Shown: in pieces, positions 39,223 to 49,988 of the stretch
Layout: every line of letters starts with the position of its first letter
Position numbering within the stretch: position 1 is the stretch's first letter
NCBI GenBank assembly: GCA_016700155.1
Contig: CP065001.1
Coordinates: 2,746,659 to 2,810,658 of the forward strand
Length of the DNA stretch: 64,000 nucleotides
Direction: 5' to 3'
Source of the DNA: Ignavibacteriales bacterium
GTDB taxonomy: Bacteria > Bacteroidota > Ignavibacteria > Ignavibacteriales > Ignavibacteriaceae
Position numbers and translations under genes: made by a program
Notes under the pieces: generated by a model
The model's database searches: none
The model's input: the letters and a program-made list of their open reading frames with translations, nothing else
Told to the model about the DNA's origin: nothing

Positions 39223-39250
39223 TTCTGGTCGGGATTAATCCCGACCAGAA
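39223..39250. repeat. 13-bp perfect palindrome TTCTGGTCGGGAT-ta-ATCCCGACCAGAA between convergent genes
   Basis: Read directly. The hairpin is GC-rich and lacks a flanking U-tract on either strand. Confidence 0.8.
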
Positions 39251-39266
39251 CCCACAAACAAAAATA

Positions 39267-41348
39267 TCAGTTTACACTCTGCAATAAATTTATATTCTTT
39301 ACTTCACCGGCAATTAAAAGTGTGTCATCAATTTTTATAACGTAGTCAGGATTAGGAATTGCGTTAATCCTTTCACCTTTCTTCTCCTTGGTTTTGATCG
39401 AGAGAACATCAACCCCATATTCCTTACGGATATTTAATTGGCGGATCGATCTGCCGATAAAAGATGCGGGAGGTTTTATTTCAACTATTGAATACCCTTC
39501 CATAAACCTGTGGTGATGTTCATCATCCTTCATACTTATGCTGCTGGCAAGTGTTGAGGTGATGTCGCGGTTTTCAATTTCTTTCTGGTATGCGTCCTGT
39601 ATATCCTTACGCCAAAGCATACCGAGTATTTTTTTGCTTCCGGGTGATTCAACTACCGGGATTCCTTCGTAGTCATGTTTTTTCATTTTGTCCAAAGCTG
39701 CCTGGCAGTTCTCATCAGGAAAGGCTGTGTTAAAAACGGGGTCGGCAAAATCACCGGCGATGAGTAAATCCTTCAATGATTCTTTTTCAAAAAGATGTTC
39801 TTTGATATCATAGATAGATATCATTCCTTTTATTTCATCTTCTGAATTCAAGACGGGAAATTCAGGACTTTTACTTCTCAACACCCTGTTAACAACAAGG
39901 TTGAAATTTTCGTGTTCTCTTATCACATCAAATTCTTTTGAAAAAACATCACGCACATAAATAGATTCCATCACATTTATTTCAGCGCCTTCTCTTATCC
40001 CTATATTCTTCAGCAATAGTTTAAGAGTATAAATTGATTCGCGCGAAAGTTTGGATGAAACAAGTGTACTGATGATACATGTCACCATCAAAGGAAGGAT
40101 TATCCTGTAATCATTTGTAAGTTCAAACACGATGATGATGGCGGTTAACGGGGCTCTTGCGGTTCCGGCGACAAGTCCGCCCATTGCAACAACAGCGTAA
40201 GCGCCTGCGGGCGCTGTAATGTCGGGGAACAGATTATTGGACAGAACACCAAACGCATAGCCAAGCATCGCGCCCATATAAAGTGAAGGTGCAAATATAC
40301 CTCCAGATCCTCCTGAGCCAAGTGTAATAGACGTGGCGATGATCTTAACAAAAATTAATATGAATGCCGTATGCCACAACAGGTTTCCGTAAAAAGCATC
40401 ATCCATAGTTTCATAACCAACGCCCATAATCTGAGGATAGAGTAAAGCGATTAACCCGATTGCCAAACCGCCAAGTACAGGTTTTAAGTATTCCTGCATC
40501 TGAATTTTGTTGTCAAAAAAATCCTCAAAGAAATAAAGCACTTTTATAAAGAGGTAGGAAACCAAACCACTTGCGAGTCCCAGCACTAAGTAAATAATTA
40601 TTTCATAAGGCGAATAAAGATGAAACTGCGGAACAAGGAACGCAGCAAAGTTTCCTTCAAAGGTGTGTGAGATTAGTGTGGCCACAACCGCGGAAATAAT
40701 TATCGGCGCGAATTGAACAACGGCATAATCCATCAGTATAATTTCAACAGCGAATAACGCTCCGGCTATCGGCGCATTGAATGCAGCCGCAATACCGGCA
40801 GCGGCACCGCATCCGACAAATGTTTTTAATCTTTTACTTGATATGCGAAGGAACTGTCCGACTAATGAACCAAGGCTTGAACCGATCTGAATTATCGGTC
40901 CTTCCCTGCCAACCGATCCGCCGGTTCCGATTGTAATTGCAGATGATATCGTTTTAATGAATGCAACTCTTCCGCGGATCTTTCCGCCTTTCAAAAGAAT
41001 TGCCTGCATTACTTCGGGTACTCCGTGACCTTTTGCTTCAGGAGCAAAAAAATGTATCATCGGTCCGACAATTAATCCGCCGATCATAGGAACAAGAAGG
41101 ATTATATACCACGCGGAGTTTGTAACATCCTGGAGAAAATTTCCTTCACCGGGGAATGCTATATCCGCAACGAAGTGGATCATCAAGCGGATAAGCACTG
41201 CGGCAAATCCGGCAAGCACACCAATGATAACTGAAATACTTATCATAAATGTGTATTCAGTCATCTTCAGTTTTTCTATTGAATCAGCAACTGAGCGGGA
41301 GAACTTTGTGTATAACTTTGTAAGACTTTTCATAAACAAAAAAAACAA
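39267..41348 (-). CDS. ClC-family chloride channel/antiporter with a C-terminal CBS pair and an RCK_C (TrkA-C) domain
   Basis: 'GSVGREGP' and 'GGSGGIFAPSL' selectivity-filter motifs. The 693-aa protein has cytoplasmic regulatory domains. Confidence 0.8.
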   Translation of the reverse strand: MFFLFMKSLTKLYTKFSRSVADSIEKLKMTEYTFMISISVIIGVLAGFAAVLIRLMIHFVADIAFPGEGNFLQDVTNSAWYIILLVPMIGGLIVGPMIHFFAPEAKGHGVPEVMQAILLKGGKIRGRVAFIKTISSAITIGTGGSVGREGPIIQIGSSLGSLVGQFLRISSKRLKTFVGCGAAAGIAAAFNAPIAGALFAVEIILMDYAVVQFAPIIISAVVATLISHTFEGNFAAFLVPQFHLYSPYEIIIYLVLGLASGLVSYLFIKVLYFFEDFFDNKIQMQEYLKPVLGGLAIGLIALLYPQIMGVGYETMDDAFYGNLLWHTAFILIFVKIIATSITLGSGGSGGIFAPSLYMGAMLGYAFGVLSNNLFPDITAPAGAYAVVAMGGLVAGTARAPLTAIIIVFELTNDYRIILPLMVTCIISTLVSSKLSRESIYTLKLLLKNIGIREGAEINVMESIYVRDVFSKEFDVIREHENFNLVVNRVLRSKSPEFPVLNSEDEIKGMISIYDIKEHLFEKESLKDLLIAGDFADPVFNTAFPDENCQAALDKMKKHDYEGIPVVESPGSKKILGMLWRKDIQDAYQKEIENRDITSTLASSISMKDDEHHHRFMEGYSIVEIKPPASFIGRSIRQLNIRKEYGVDVLSIKTKEKKGERINAIPNPDYVIKIDDTLLIAGEVKNINLLQSVN

Positions 41349-41472
41349 GCAGTCCGAAGTAAAGAAGATTAAATTAATCCGCCCCGAACATTTTGTTCAT
41401 CGTAATCAATATAAATTTTTCACGTGTAAACTTAAGATTATAATAAGTGCACGGCAAGTTCAGATGATTTTT

Positions 41473-42324
41473 TTATGAACCAAATTTTGTTATGCCGCAT
41501 AACTTCAGACTCTCATTCCACAGCCTGTCAGTTGTATTCTGGTCATAACTTGACATTGAAGTCTCTTCAACTTTTTTATTGGCAAAATATTTTCCGGATA
41601 TATTTTTCACTTCATCTGAAGTCGCAAGATATAAAGGAGTTTCCGCTCCTTTCTCAGGATTATCATTTTTAAGTTTGTGAATGAATCCGAGTGCTCGCGG
41701 TTTTCCCTGGAAGTCACTTAGCAGGTTTGTTGCAACGACTCCGGGACTGAGAGCGTTTACTGTTATTCCTGTCCCGTTCAATTCTTTTGCAAGTTTGTAA
41801 GTGAATAAAATTTGCGAAAGTTTTGTCATACTATAAACGCGGAGGTATTGATAGTCTTTTTCGGAGTGCAGATCATTAAAATTTATTCCCACTCCCCTGT
41901 GCGCGCCTGATGAAACATTTATTATTCTTGATGGTGATGCTTTCAATAATAAGTCCATCAGCAAGTGGATAAGCAAAACATTTGACAGATAGTTTGCAGC
42001 AAACTGGTATTCATAGCCATCAACTGTCACCTGGCGCTGATGAAGAATAATTCCAGCATTATTTATAAGAACATCTATCTTGCTGAACTTATTATGTATC
42101 TCTTCAGAAAGTTTTTTTATTTCATTCATTGAAGAAAGGTCAGCGACGAGCAGATGGACCAATTCATTTTTAGTTTGTTTGATGATCTGCCGTTTAGCTT
42201 CTTCGCCTTTTTCTTTATTGCGGCAAATCATTATTACTTCAGCGCCAAGTGATGCTAATCCTGCGGCAGTTGCTTTTCCAATTCCGGTGTTTGCGCCGGT
42301 TACTATACAAATTTTATTTTTCAT
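41473..42324 (-). CDS. Short-chain dehydrogenase/reductase (SDR)
   Basis: 'CIVTGANTGIGKATA' Rossmann motif and a Yx3K active site. Confidence 0.8.
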   Translation of the reverse strand: MKNKICIVTGANTGIGKATAAGLASLGAEVIMICRNKEKGEEAKRQIIKQTKNELVHLLVADLSSMNEIKKLSEEIHNKFSKIDVLINNAGIILHQRQVTVDGYEYQFAANYLSNVLLIHLLMDLLLKASPSRIINVSSGAHRGVGINFNDLHSEKDYQYLRVYSMTKLSQILFTYKLAKELNGTGITVNALSPGVVATNLLSDFQGKPRALGFIHKLKNDNPEKGAETPLYLATSDEVKNISGKYFANKKVEETSMSSYDQNTTDRLWNESLKLCGITKFGS

Positions 42325-42395
42325 TTAATTTTTTTGTTTTTAAAAGATGACATCTTTCAACAAAGATGTCATCTTTTTTTTATTTGTAACATAGA

Positions 42396-43250
42396 TTAAA
42401 AATCAAAATCAGATTTCCAGAATTTTATTTCATCAAATCTTGCAGTAAGATCGCCAACTCCTTTATTGTAGCTGAATGAGTAAACAATAATTCCTGCCTG
42501 AAGTTTTGCGGGAAGATCAGGTCTTTCATAAGTTTCCATAACCTGCCATTCTTCAGCAGAATTTTTTCTTGCCATCATATAAAACAAATTGTCTTTGCGG
42601 CTGATCCTTACTTCAGCATCACCTGTTGGCCAGTCAATTCCGATCACGTCACTTTTATCATCTTTAGTGCTCTTCACTTCAACCTGAAGTTTTGAACCGC
42701 GATAACCGACGACAATAAAAACATAATTCTCCCCTTTCGATTCTTCATCAGAAGAAGGGGCACGAAGTATTATACCGCCGAACTGCCAGAGTTTATCAGG
42801 GTACGATGTTGTATCACTCGCCTTACGCGTTTCCACCTTTGTTGAGAAACTAAAATCACCTTCAACATTTTTATAAAACATCGGTCCCTGGTCTTTCATC
42901 CACCAGACTGATTCGATATTAGGCGTGAGAATTAATTTCCCGCCTGCCTGATTCATATCAAGCATATCATCATTAAATTTTGTCCATTCGGTACTTAGTG
43001 AATCAGAATTAAAATCATCGTTCAAATAACTAAGAGGATTTTCCTGGGAGAAATTTTCAACTCCAAGATATTCAGGAAAAATTCTTGCTTTAATTCCTTG
43101 TGGTATATAGCGGATTGAGTATAAGGCAACCATCAGCAATGCAGACATAACAATAAAATACTTTGCTGATTTGCCTTTTTTTAGCAGCAGGTAAAACGAA
43201 AAAATAATACTCACAGCTAACAATATTATTAGTACTGATCTCATTATCAT
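42396..43250 (-). CDS. Hypothetical membrane-anchored protein
   Basis: N-terminal TM helices plus a roughly 200-aa beta-rich domain with no recognised motif. Confidence 0.4.
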   Translation of the reverse strand: MIMRSVLIILLAVSIIFSFYLLLKKGKSAKYFIVMSALLMVALYSIRYIPQGIKARIFPEYLGVENFSQENPLSYLNDDFNSDSLSTEWTKFNDDMLDMNQAGGKLILTPNIESVWWMKDQGPMFYKNVEGDFSFSTKVETRKASDTTSYPDKLWQFGGIILRAPSSDEESKGENYVFIVVGYRGSKLQVEVKSTKDDKSDVIGIDWPTGDAEVRISRKDNLFYMMARKNSAEEWQVMETYERPDLPAKLQAGIIVYSFSYNKGVGDLTARFDEIKFWKSDFDF

Positions 43251-43349
43251 CCTTGAATTGTTGGAGAAGATTATTTTGGCGGTTCAATATAAAAAACTGC
43301 CGCTAAATATTATATGCGGAATGTGAAAACCCGGTCGCAGCCGAAAAAT

Positions 43350-44060
43350 TTATTTGTCCTTTACTCCAAATACGGAGTCCGGAATTCCCTCGTTTATTTT
43401 ATAGTTGGAGTAATAAATAAATACCTGTCCGATTGTTGTTGGGCTTGAATCTTTCTTTTCCTTTTTCTTGCCAAGATCACCGCTCCAGGTTTTGGGAATA
43501 TTCATCTTGTCGAGGTTAAAAGAAAATACCATTTCAGTCGGCAGGTTAAAGCCATTTGAAGGTCCGTCGTATTTTAATTCAATGGTAAATGTACCATTTG
43601 TTTTTGTTGTTGATTCAACCTTAACAACAACATTCTTTTTTGTATCAACCCAGAATGTGGATAAAATAATTTCTGTTTCATCCTCAAGAGGAATAATTTT
43701 TATCGAAGTCGTTTTGATACCGTTTATGATTTCTTCTTTATCAAAAATTGCGGTGTGTTTCTTCTTTAGTAAACCTACCGGCGAAAAATTTATTCCTTCT
43801 TTGGGCAGCATAGCAAACCCTTCTGATTCAATGTGGGTTTTATCCGGCTGCTTAAAAAATATTTTTGCTTTGGATTCAGGAACTTTTATAAACTCAACAT
43901 CAACTTTAATGCGTACATCAACCTGGTAGTCTTCAATTTTTAAGAACTCATCCTGCACCCTTTTAAGTATTTTTTCGGGTTCATCCTGTTGAGCAAATAA
44001 TAAACTGGATATGGTGAGTAAAATGAGAAAAATCTTTTTCATTCTTAATCCTTGAATCAT
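43350..44060 (-). CDS. Periplasmic LolA-like (outer-membrane lipoprotein-sorting fold) protein
   Basis: Signal peptide, 236 aa, and position immediately upstream of an ABC-2 permease/ATPase pair. The fold assignment is inference. Confidence 0.4.
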   Translation of the reverse strand: MIQGLRMKKIFLILLTISSLLFAQQDEPEKILKRVQDEFLKIEDYQVDVRIKVDVEFIKVPESKAKIFFKQPDKTHIESEGFAMLPKEGINFSPVGLLKKKHTAIFDKEEIINGIKTTSIKIIPLEDETEIILSTFWVDTKKNVVVKVESTTKTNGTFTIELKYDGPSNGFNLPTEMVFSFNLDKMNIPKTWSGDLGKKKEKKDSSPTTIGQVFIYYSNYKINEGIPDSVFGVKDK

Positions 44061-44062
44061 AG

Positions 44063-44902
44063 TTATGTAAGAATATCTTTTTTTCTGAATAAATAAACTG
44101 TAAGTGAGAACAATCCCACAATGTGCCCCACAAGCACAAGTACTGATTGCAGAATATCATTGTAGTCTACCGGGTCATCAAAAAATGATCGCCAGCTTGA
44201 CATATAAGTTGTGAACAGATATGGTTGAATCGTTTGAAATATATCAATCTGAATTGCTGAAATAATCAGGAAGACTATTATTATCGCCATCGTTGTAACT
44301 ATAGGTCCGATCGCGTTTTCAACTAAAGAAGAAAAGAGAAAAGCAAGAGCGGTGACAACTGTCATACTTAATGTTGCAAAAGCGTAGCCAAACAGAAATC
44401 TCCAAATTATATCATCCGTCGCAAAAATAATTATTGTATTGTTGCTCAGCACCAACAATTCACCTGTACCAAAAATCAATGTGCCTAAACCAAGGCTCAT
44501 CACAGCAAGAAACAGGATCAGCATTGCGGTGTAGATCATTCCCGCAATAAATTTTGATGCAACTATTCTGAACCTTGAAACGGGGCGCGTGATTAATAAT
44601 CTGTAGGTTCCTGCAGTAGCTTCTCCAGCTAAAAGATCACCGGCTACAAGCGTTATCAGAAAAGGAATATGCACGGCAAGCGCACCAAGAATAAGATATG
44701 AAACGAAGTACCCGTTCAACAGGTTTCCGACAAACAAGAATGACTGCTGAATATTTCTTGTCATAAACTTTAGTGAGTTTGAACCTTCAAGCGCCATAGC
44801 AAGCTGAATAACACCAACCAGCAATCCTATGGCAATAAAACCAATATATGTTCTCCACTTTTTGAAAATCTTAAAAAGTTCAATTCTTATCAGGGTTATC
44901 AT
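44063..44902 (-). CDS. ABC-2 family transporter permease
   Basis: Six TM helices. It is translationally coupled to the ATPase (shared nucleotide at 44902). Confidence 0.7.
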   Translation of the reverse strand: MITLIRIELFKIFKKWRTYIGFIAIGLLVGVIQLAMALEGSNSLKFMTRNIQQSFLFVGNLLNGYFVSYLILGALAVHIPFLITLVAGDLLAGEATAGTYRLLITRPVSRFRIVASKFIAGMIYTAMLILFLAVMSLGLGTLIFGTGELLVLSNNTIIIFATDDIIWRFLFGYAFATLSMTVVTALAFLFSSLVENAIGPIVTTMAIIIVFLIISAIQIDIFQTIQPYLFTTYMSSWRSFFDDPVDYNDILQSVLVLVGHIVGLFSLTVYLFRKKDILT

Positions 44903-45822
44903 TATGATGCCTTTTCTGTTATCTGCAGGAAGTATTCTTCAAGCGAACGGGTTGGAATAACCGCACTCACCATAATATTATTTTCATTAAGATACCTGTT
45001 CAACGGAGCTATATCAGTATCCTGCATCGAAAAAATAAATTTATTATTGGCAACTGATTCCAGTTTACTACTCCACTGGCTATTATTTAAAAGTGACTGG
45101 ACTGAACCGGGGTCACTTACCTCAAAGGTAACACGCAGTTTATTCGAATTAAGAAGTTCATTTACTTCGCCCTCTACTTTAGTCGTACCTTTACTTATTA
45201 TTATCATCCTGTTGGCGACAAGTTCCACTTCATACAAAATGTGAGATGACAGAAAAATTGTTTTCTTTTTTTCATTGCTTAACATCAGGATGAGGTCGCG
45301 TATTTCCTTCATTCCCTGCGGGTCAAGACCTGTTGTCGGTTCATCGAGAATAATTAATTCAGGATCGTGAAGTAATGCCTGCGCAATACCAAGCCTTTGC
45401 TTCATTCCATGTGAATATGTTTTTACTTTACTCTTAAACCTTTTTTCCAGTCCTACCAGTTCGAGCAGTTCAAAAATTTTTTTTCTGGAAACATCCGCAC
45501 CTGAAAGTCTTCCAAGTATCTCAAGATTTTTATATGCAGACAGGTAACCGTAAAAATCAGGCTTCTCTACAATCGCCCCGACTTTTCTTAGAATTTCGTT
45601 GCGGTTTTCATTGAGTGATTTACCAAATATTTTTATCGTACCCTGGTTTGGGCGAATGAGCGATAAAAGCATCCTTATTGTTGTGCTTTTTCCTGCGCCG
45701 TTAGGGCCAAGAAAACCAAAGACATCCCCGCGATGTACCGATAAATTAAGGCTGTCAACCGCTTTAAGGTCTTTAAACTTTTTACTTAACCCCGATACCT
45801 CAATAACTTTTTCGCCTGTCAA
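44902..45822 (-). CDS. ABC transporter ATP-binding protein
   Basis: Walker A 'GPNGAGKST', signature 'YSHGMKQRLGIAQAL' and Walker B 'ILDEPTTGLD'. Confidence 0.85.
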   Translation of the reverse strand: MTGEKVIEVSGLSKKFKDLKAVDSLNLSVHRGDVFGFLGPNGAGKSTTIRMLLSLIRPNQGTIKIFGKSLNENRNEILRKVGAIVEKPDFYGYLSAYKNLEILGRLSGADVSRKKIFELLELVGLEKRFKSKVKTYSHGMKQRLGIAQALLHDPELIILDEPTTGLDPQGMKEIRDLILMLSNEKKKTIFLSSHILYEVELVANRMIIISKGTTKVEGEVNELLNSNKLRVTFEVSDPGSVQSLLNNSQWSSKLESVANNKFIFSMQDTDIAPLNRYLNENNIMVSAVIPTRSLEEYFLQITEKAS

Positions 45823-46341
45823 TGAAATGCCTTTTATACTTGTTTAAAAAATCTGATTTGCAGATGCCTACAATATTTACGGTTGAATTTTAATTAACCG
45901 TGATTATATAATTGAAAACTATTACATAAACGGTAGAATTCAGTTACAGAAATTTAAGATTATCCCGTTAATAAAGTTAAATCTGACGACTGAAATTTTT
46001 TAATGGCTCAGGTGAAAATTTTTATAAAATTAATTTCGGATTAATACAAGTGAATGAACAAAAAAATATTTTTTTCTTCATGCGAAAATTAACTTTGCAT
46101 TTTAGAAAAATTATTACAAATTGAGTCAGAGTTTTTGACAATAAAAATTCGTTCTGAAAAAAATTTTCTGGTGCAATTTTCTTTTTCTACGTTTTTTTTT
46201 AATTTGATTTTAGTCACAACAATTCTAAAAATATATCTGGATGAAAATAATACTAATACCACAGACAGCATTTCAAAATTCATCCAACCAAATATTTAAA
46301 CAACCGATATTAAGCAACACATTATGAAACTGGAGTCATGA

Positions 46342-49300
46342 ATGCAAATTAATAGACTGTTTACTGAGGCTGGTAAGGATCCTCTATCTTCAATGGAGTT
46401 TGAAAAAAGAACATCAGAGATAAAAAATCCTGATGGTTCAACTGTATTTAAGATGGAAGATGTTTACGTGCCGGCACAATGGTCGCAGGTTGCAACAGAC
46501 ATCATCGCGCAAAAATATTTTCGTAAAGCAGGGGTGCCAAAACTCCTGAAAAAAAATAAGGAGAAAGGAATTCCTTCATGGCTTCAGCCTGCAAAAGCTG
46601 ATATTGAGAAACTTGAACAGCTTCCTGAGAAAGAAAGATTTTCATCAGAGACTGACTCACGTCAGGTGTTTCATCGTTTGGCAGGATGCTGGACTTACTG
46701 GGGATGGATTGCAAATTATTTTTCATCCGAAGACGATGCAAAAGCATTCTATGATGAACTGGTTTATATGCTTGCCAACCAGATGGCCGCCCCGAATAGC
46801 CCGCAATGGTTTAATACAGGTTTGAACTGGGCATATGGAATTTCCGGTCCTTCACAGGGACATTATTATGTTGATTACAAAACCGGAGAATTAACTGCAT
46901 CTACTGATGCATACACACATCCCCAGCCTCATGCATGTTTTATTCAATCAGTAAAAGATGACCTTGTTAATGAAGGCGGAATTATGGACCTGTGGGTGCG
47001 TGAAGCCCGCCTGTTCAAATATGGTTCAGGCACCGGTTCAAATTTCTCCGACATAAGAGGTTCACAGGAAACACTTAGCGGCGGCGGAAGATCTTCGGGA
47101 TTAATGTCTTTCCTTAAAATCGGTGACCGGTCTGCGGGTGCAATTAAATCCGGCGGAACAACACGCCGTGCCGCAAAAATGGTTACACTTGATCTCGATC
47201 ACCCGGATATTGAAGAGTACATCAACTGGAAAGTTGTTGAAGAACAGAAAGTTGCAGCTATAGTAGCGGGTTCTAAATTATGTAATATTCATTTGAACAA
47301 AATTATGAAAGCCTGTTATGATGAACACCCGGAAAATGACAGGTTCAATAAAAATGTAAATAAAAGATTAAAGCAGGCTGTACTTGAAGCAAGAAAAGTT
47401 CAGATACCGAATAACTATATTGAACGTGTTATTCATCTTGCAAAACTTGGATTCAAATCGATTGAGTTCCCTGTGTATGATACAGATTGGAACTCTGATT
47501 CCTACGCGACAGTATCAGGACAAAATTCCAACAACTCTATCCGCGTTACAAATGATTTTATGCAGGCTGTACAGAATGACGGCAACTGGAACCTGTACTG
47601 GCGTGTAGAAAAGAAAAAAGCAAGAAATGAGAAACGTTCTCCTAAACCATGCAAAACTCTTAAAGCAAGAGAGTTGTATGATCAGATATCTTATGCTGCA
47701 TGGTCATGCGCCGATCCGGGAATTCAGTTCCACTCTACTATTAATGAATGGCATACCTGCCCGGAAGATGGGGAAATAAAAGCATCCAATCCCTGCAGTG
47801 AATACATGTTCCTTGATGATACGGCTTGTAATCTCGCTTCACTAAACCTTGTTAAGTTTTATAATTCATCCGTTCAAAAATTTGATATAGAAGCTTACCG
47901 GCATGCAACAAAGATCTGGACAATGGTTCTGGAAATAAGTGTACTGATGGCTCAATTTCCTAGTAAGGAAATTGCAAAATACAGTTATGAATTCAGGACT
48001 CTGGGATTGGGTTATGCAAATCTTGGTTCATTACTTATGCTTCAGGGAATTCCTTATGACAGCAGCGAAGCGTTTGCAATCTGCGGAGCTATCACAAGTA
48101 TAATGCATATGAGCTCGTATGCTGCGTCTGCTGAGATTTCTAAGGAGATCGGACCATTCCCCAAATACGACAGAAATAAAAATCATATGCTTCGCGTAAT
48201 CCGCAACCACAGGCGTGCTGCATACAATGTTCCCAAGGAGGAGTATGAAGGGCTTTCTATTTACCCGGTCGGTATTGATCCAAAGCATTGTCCTTCCGAT
48301 CTATTAAAAGCTGCCCGTGAAGACGCTGACAAAGCTCTGGAGCTTGGTTCACAATTCGGATTCAGAAATGCGCAGGTAACTGTAATAGCACCAACCGGTA
48401 CAATAGGTCTGGTGATGGATTGTGATACTACTGGTGTTGAACCTGATTTCGCTCTGGTAAAATTCAAAAAACTTGCCGGTGGCGGTTATTTCAAAATAAT
48501 AAATCAATCAATTCCTCCTGCACTTGAAAGATTAGGATATAATAAAGATCAGATTACTGAAATAGTGAAGTACGCAAAAGGTTCAGGCACATTAGCCGGA
48601 TGTCCTTATATAAATCATGAATCACTAAAAGCAAAAGGGTTCACTCCCGAAGCTCTGACAAAACTTGACAAAGCAATTCCGTCAGCATTCGAATTGAGTT
48701 TTGCTTTCAACAAATTTACTCTGGGTGAAGAATTCCTGACTGCAAAACTTGGAATACCATCAGAGGAAATAAACTCATTCGATTTTAATCTGCTTACGAC
48801 TCTTGGTTTTTCCAAACAGGAGATAGCATCAGCAAATGATTATGTATGCGGTACCATGACGATTGAAGGTGCACCATTCCTTAAACATGAACATTACCCA
48901 GTGTTTGATTGCGCAAACAGGTGCGGTAAAAAAGGAACAAGATTCATCCGTCCGATTGCGCATATAAGAATGATGGCTTCGGCTCAGCCCTTCATTTCAG
49001 GGGCTATATCCAAGACGATTAATCTTCCAAACCAGGCATCAGTTGAAGATGTTAAGGATGCGTATCTGCAGTCATGGAAAATGGGAATCAAAGCAAATGC
49101 TCTATACCGTGACGGTTCAAAACTTTCACAGCCGTTAAACTCCGTAAGTGAAGAAGAACTTGAAGCTTTGATGGATGAAAAAGAACGCAATGATATTGTT
49201 AAAGTAGCGGAAAAAATTATTCATCGTTACATCGCAAAGAGAAGAAGACTTCCGGACAGAAGATCCGGCTATACACAAAAAGCAAAAATTAATGGTCAAT

Positions 49301-49935
49301 CCGTTTACATACGTACAGGTGAATATGAAAACGGTCAGATAGGTGAAATATTTATTGATATGCACCGTGAAGGCGCATCATTCCGAAGCCTGCTTAACTG
49401 TTTTGCAATTTCAATTTCACTTGGATTACAACACGGTGTACCGCTTGAAGAATTCATTGATGCATTTGTGTTCACCAAGTTTGAACCGAGCGGAATGGTA
49501 AGCGGTAACGATAAAATTAAAATGTCCACATCAGTGATTGATTATATCTTCCGCGAACTTGCGGTTACATATCTTGGAAGAAATGATCTGTCTCACGTTG
49601 ACCCTGATGAAATAAAATCTAAAGCTTCTCCCGGAATAGTAAAAAAGTTATCTGAACCTGAATTTATCAGTGAAGAACTGATTAGTGAAAGAGTTGTAGA
49701 ACTGGATGAAGAAAAACTTAGTTCTTACCGCAACAGTATGACGACTGTTGAAAATTCGGGGAAACGTTCCGAAAGCTTTAACAGGTCCGGTTCAAATTTC
49801 TCAAAGACAATCCGGCAGGCAATTGAACGGGGATACACCGGTGATATTTGTACTGAATGCCAAAGTGTGACAATGGTCAGGAACGGAACATGCTTAAAAT
49901 GTATCACCTGCGGTGCTACTTCGGGATGCAGTTGA
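46342..49935 (+). CDS. nrdJ: Adenosylcobalamin-dependent (class II) ribonucleoside-diphosphate/triphosphate reductase
   Basis: Active-site Cys loop '[21 protein letters not shown]' in a 1197-aa protein. The C-terminus ends in a CxxC…CxxC zinc ribbon ('CTECQ…CLKCITCG'). Confidence 0.85.
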   Translation: MQINRLFTEAGKDPLSSMEFEKRTSEIKNPDGSTVFKMEDVYVPAQWSQVATDIIAQKYFRKAGVPKLLKKNKEKGIPSWLQPAKADIEKLEQLPEKERFSSETDSRQVFHRLAGCWTYWGWIANYFSSEDDAKAFYDELVYMLANQMAAPNSPQWFNTGLNWAYGISGPSQGHYYVDYKTGELTASTDAYTHPQPHACFIQSVKDDLVNEGGIMDLWVREARLFKYGSGTGSNFSDIRGSQETLSGGGRSSGLMSFLKIGDRSAGAIKSGGTTRRAAKMVTLDLDHPDIEEYINWKVVEEQKVAAIVAGSKLCNIHLNKIMKACYDEHPENDRFNKNVNKRLKQAVLEARKVQIPNNYIERVIHLAKLGFKSIEFPVYDTDWNSDSYATVSGQNSNNSIRVTNDFMQAVQNDGNWNLYWRVEKKKARNEKRSPKPCKTLKARELYDQISYAAWSCADPGIQFHSTINEWHTCPEDGEIKASNPCSEYMFLDDTACNLASLNLVKFYNSSVQKFDIEAYRHATKIWTMVLEISVLMAQFPSKEIAKYSYEFRTLGLGYANLGSLLMLQGIPYDSSEAFAICGAITSIMHMSSYAASAEISKEIGPFPKYDRNKNHMLRVIRNHRRAAYNVPKEEYEGLSIYPVGIDPKHCPSDLLKAAREDADKALELGSQFGFRNAQVTVIAPTGTIGLVMDCDTTGVEPDFALVKFKKLAGGGYFKIINQSIPPALERLGYNKDQITEIVKYAKGSGTLAGCPYINHESLKAKGFTPEALTKLDKAIPSAFELSFAFNKFTLGEEFLTAKLGIPSEEINSFDFNLLTTLGFSKQEIASANDYVCGTMTIEGAPFLKHEHYPVFDCANRCGKKGTRFIRPIAHIRMMASAQPFISGAISKTINLPNQASVEDVKDAYLQSWKMGIKANALYRDGSKLSQPLNSVSEEELEALMDEKERNDIVKVAEKIIHRYIAKRRRLPDRRSGYTQKAKINGQSVYIRTGEYENGQIGEIFIDMHREGASFRSLLNCFAISISLGLQHGVPLEEFIDAFVFTKFEPSGMVSGNDKIKMSTSVIDYIFRELAVTYLGRNDLSHVDPDEIKSKASPGIVKKLSEPEFISEELISERVVELDEEKLSSYRNSMTTVENSGKRSESFNRSGSNFSKTIRQAIERGYTGDICTECQSVTMVRNGTCLKCITCGATSGCS

Positions 49936-49957
49936 TTCTAATTCAACACTGAAGATT

Positions 49958-49988
49958 AAAAAGCTGCTATACAAGGCAGCTTTTTTTA
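49958..49988. terminator. Bidirectional Rho-independent terminator (AAAAAGCTGC-tatacaag-GCAGCTTTTTTT) shared by convergent nrdJ and the P-type ATPase
   Basis: Stem with flanking A- and T-tracts, read directly. Confidence 0.7.

Noticed and set aside
42343-42376. Perfect 15-bp inverted repeat (AAAGATGACATCTTT-caac-AAAGATGTCATCTTT) followed by T8 on the plus strand, between two minus-strand genes
   Set aside because: It looks like an intrinsic terminator, but the U-tract is on the plus strand where no gene ends. On the transcribed minus strand no U-tract follows it. It is possibly an antisense terminator or a regulatory hairpin, and I have too little evidence to call a function.
46089-46283. 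64-aa minus-strand ORF in the nrdJ leader
   Set aside because: It is AT-rich and low-complexity with no RBS. The region is better interpreted as the 5' UTR and promoter of nrdJ.
45848-46341. Cobalamin riboswitch or NrdR boxes upstream of nrdJ
   Set aside because: I looked for a B12-box core (GCCACTG-like) and for 16-bp ACAC…GTGT-type palindromes and found neither by eye. An Infernal scan would settle this, so it is recorded only as not seen.
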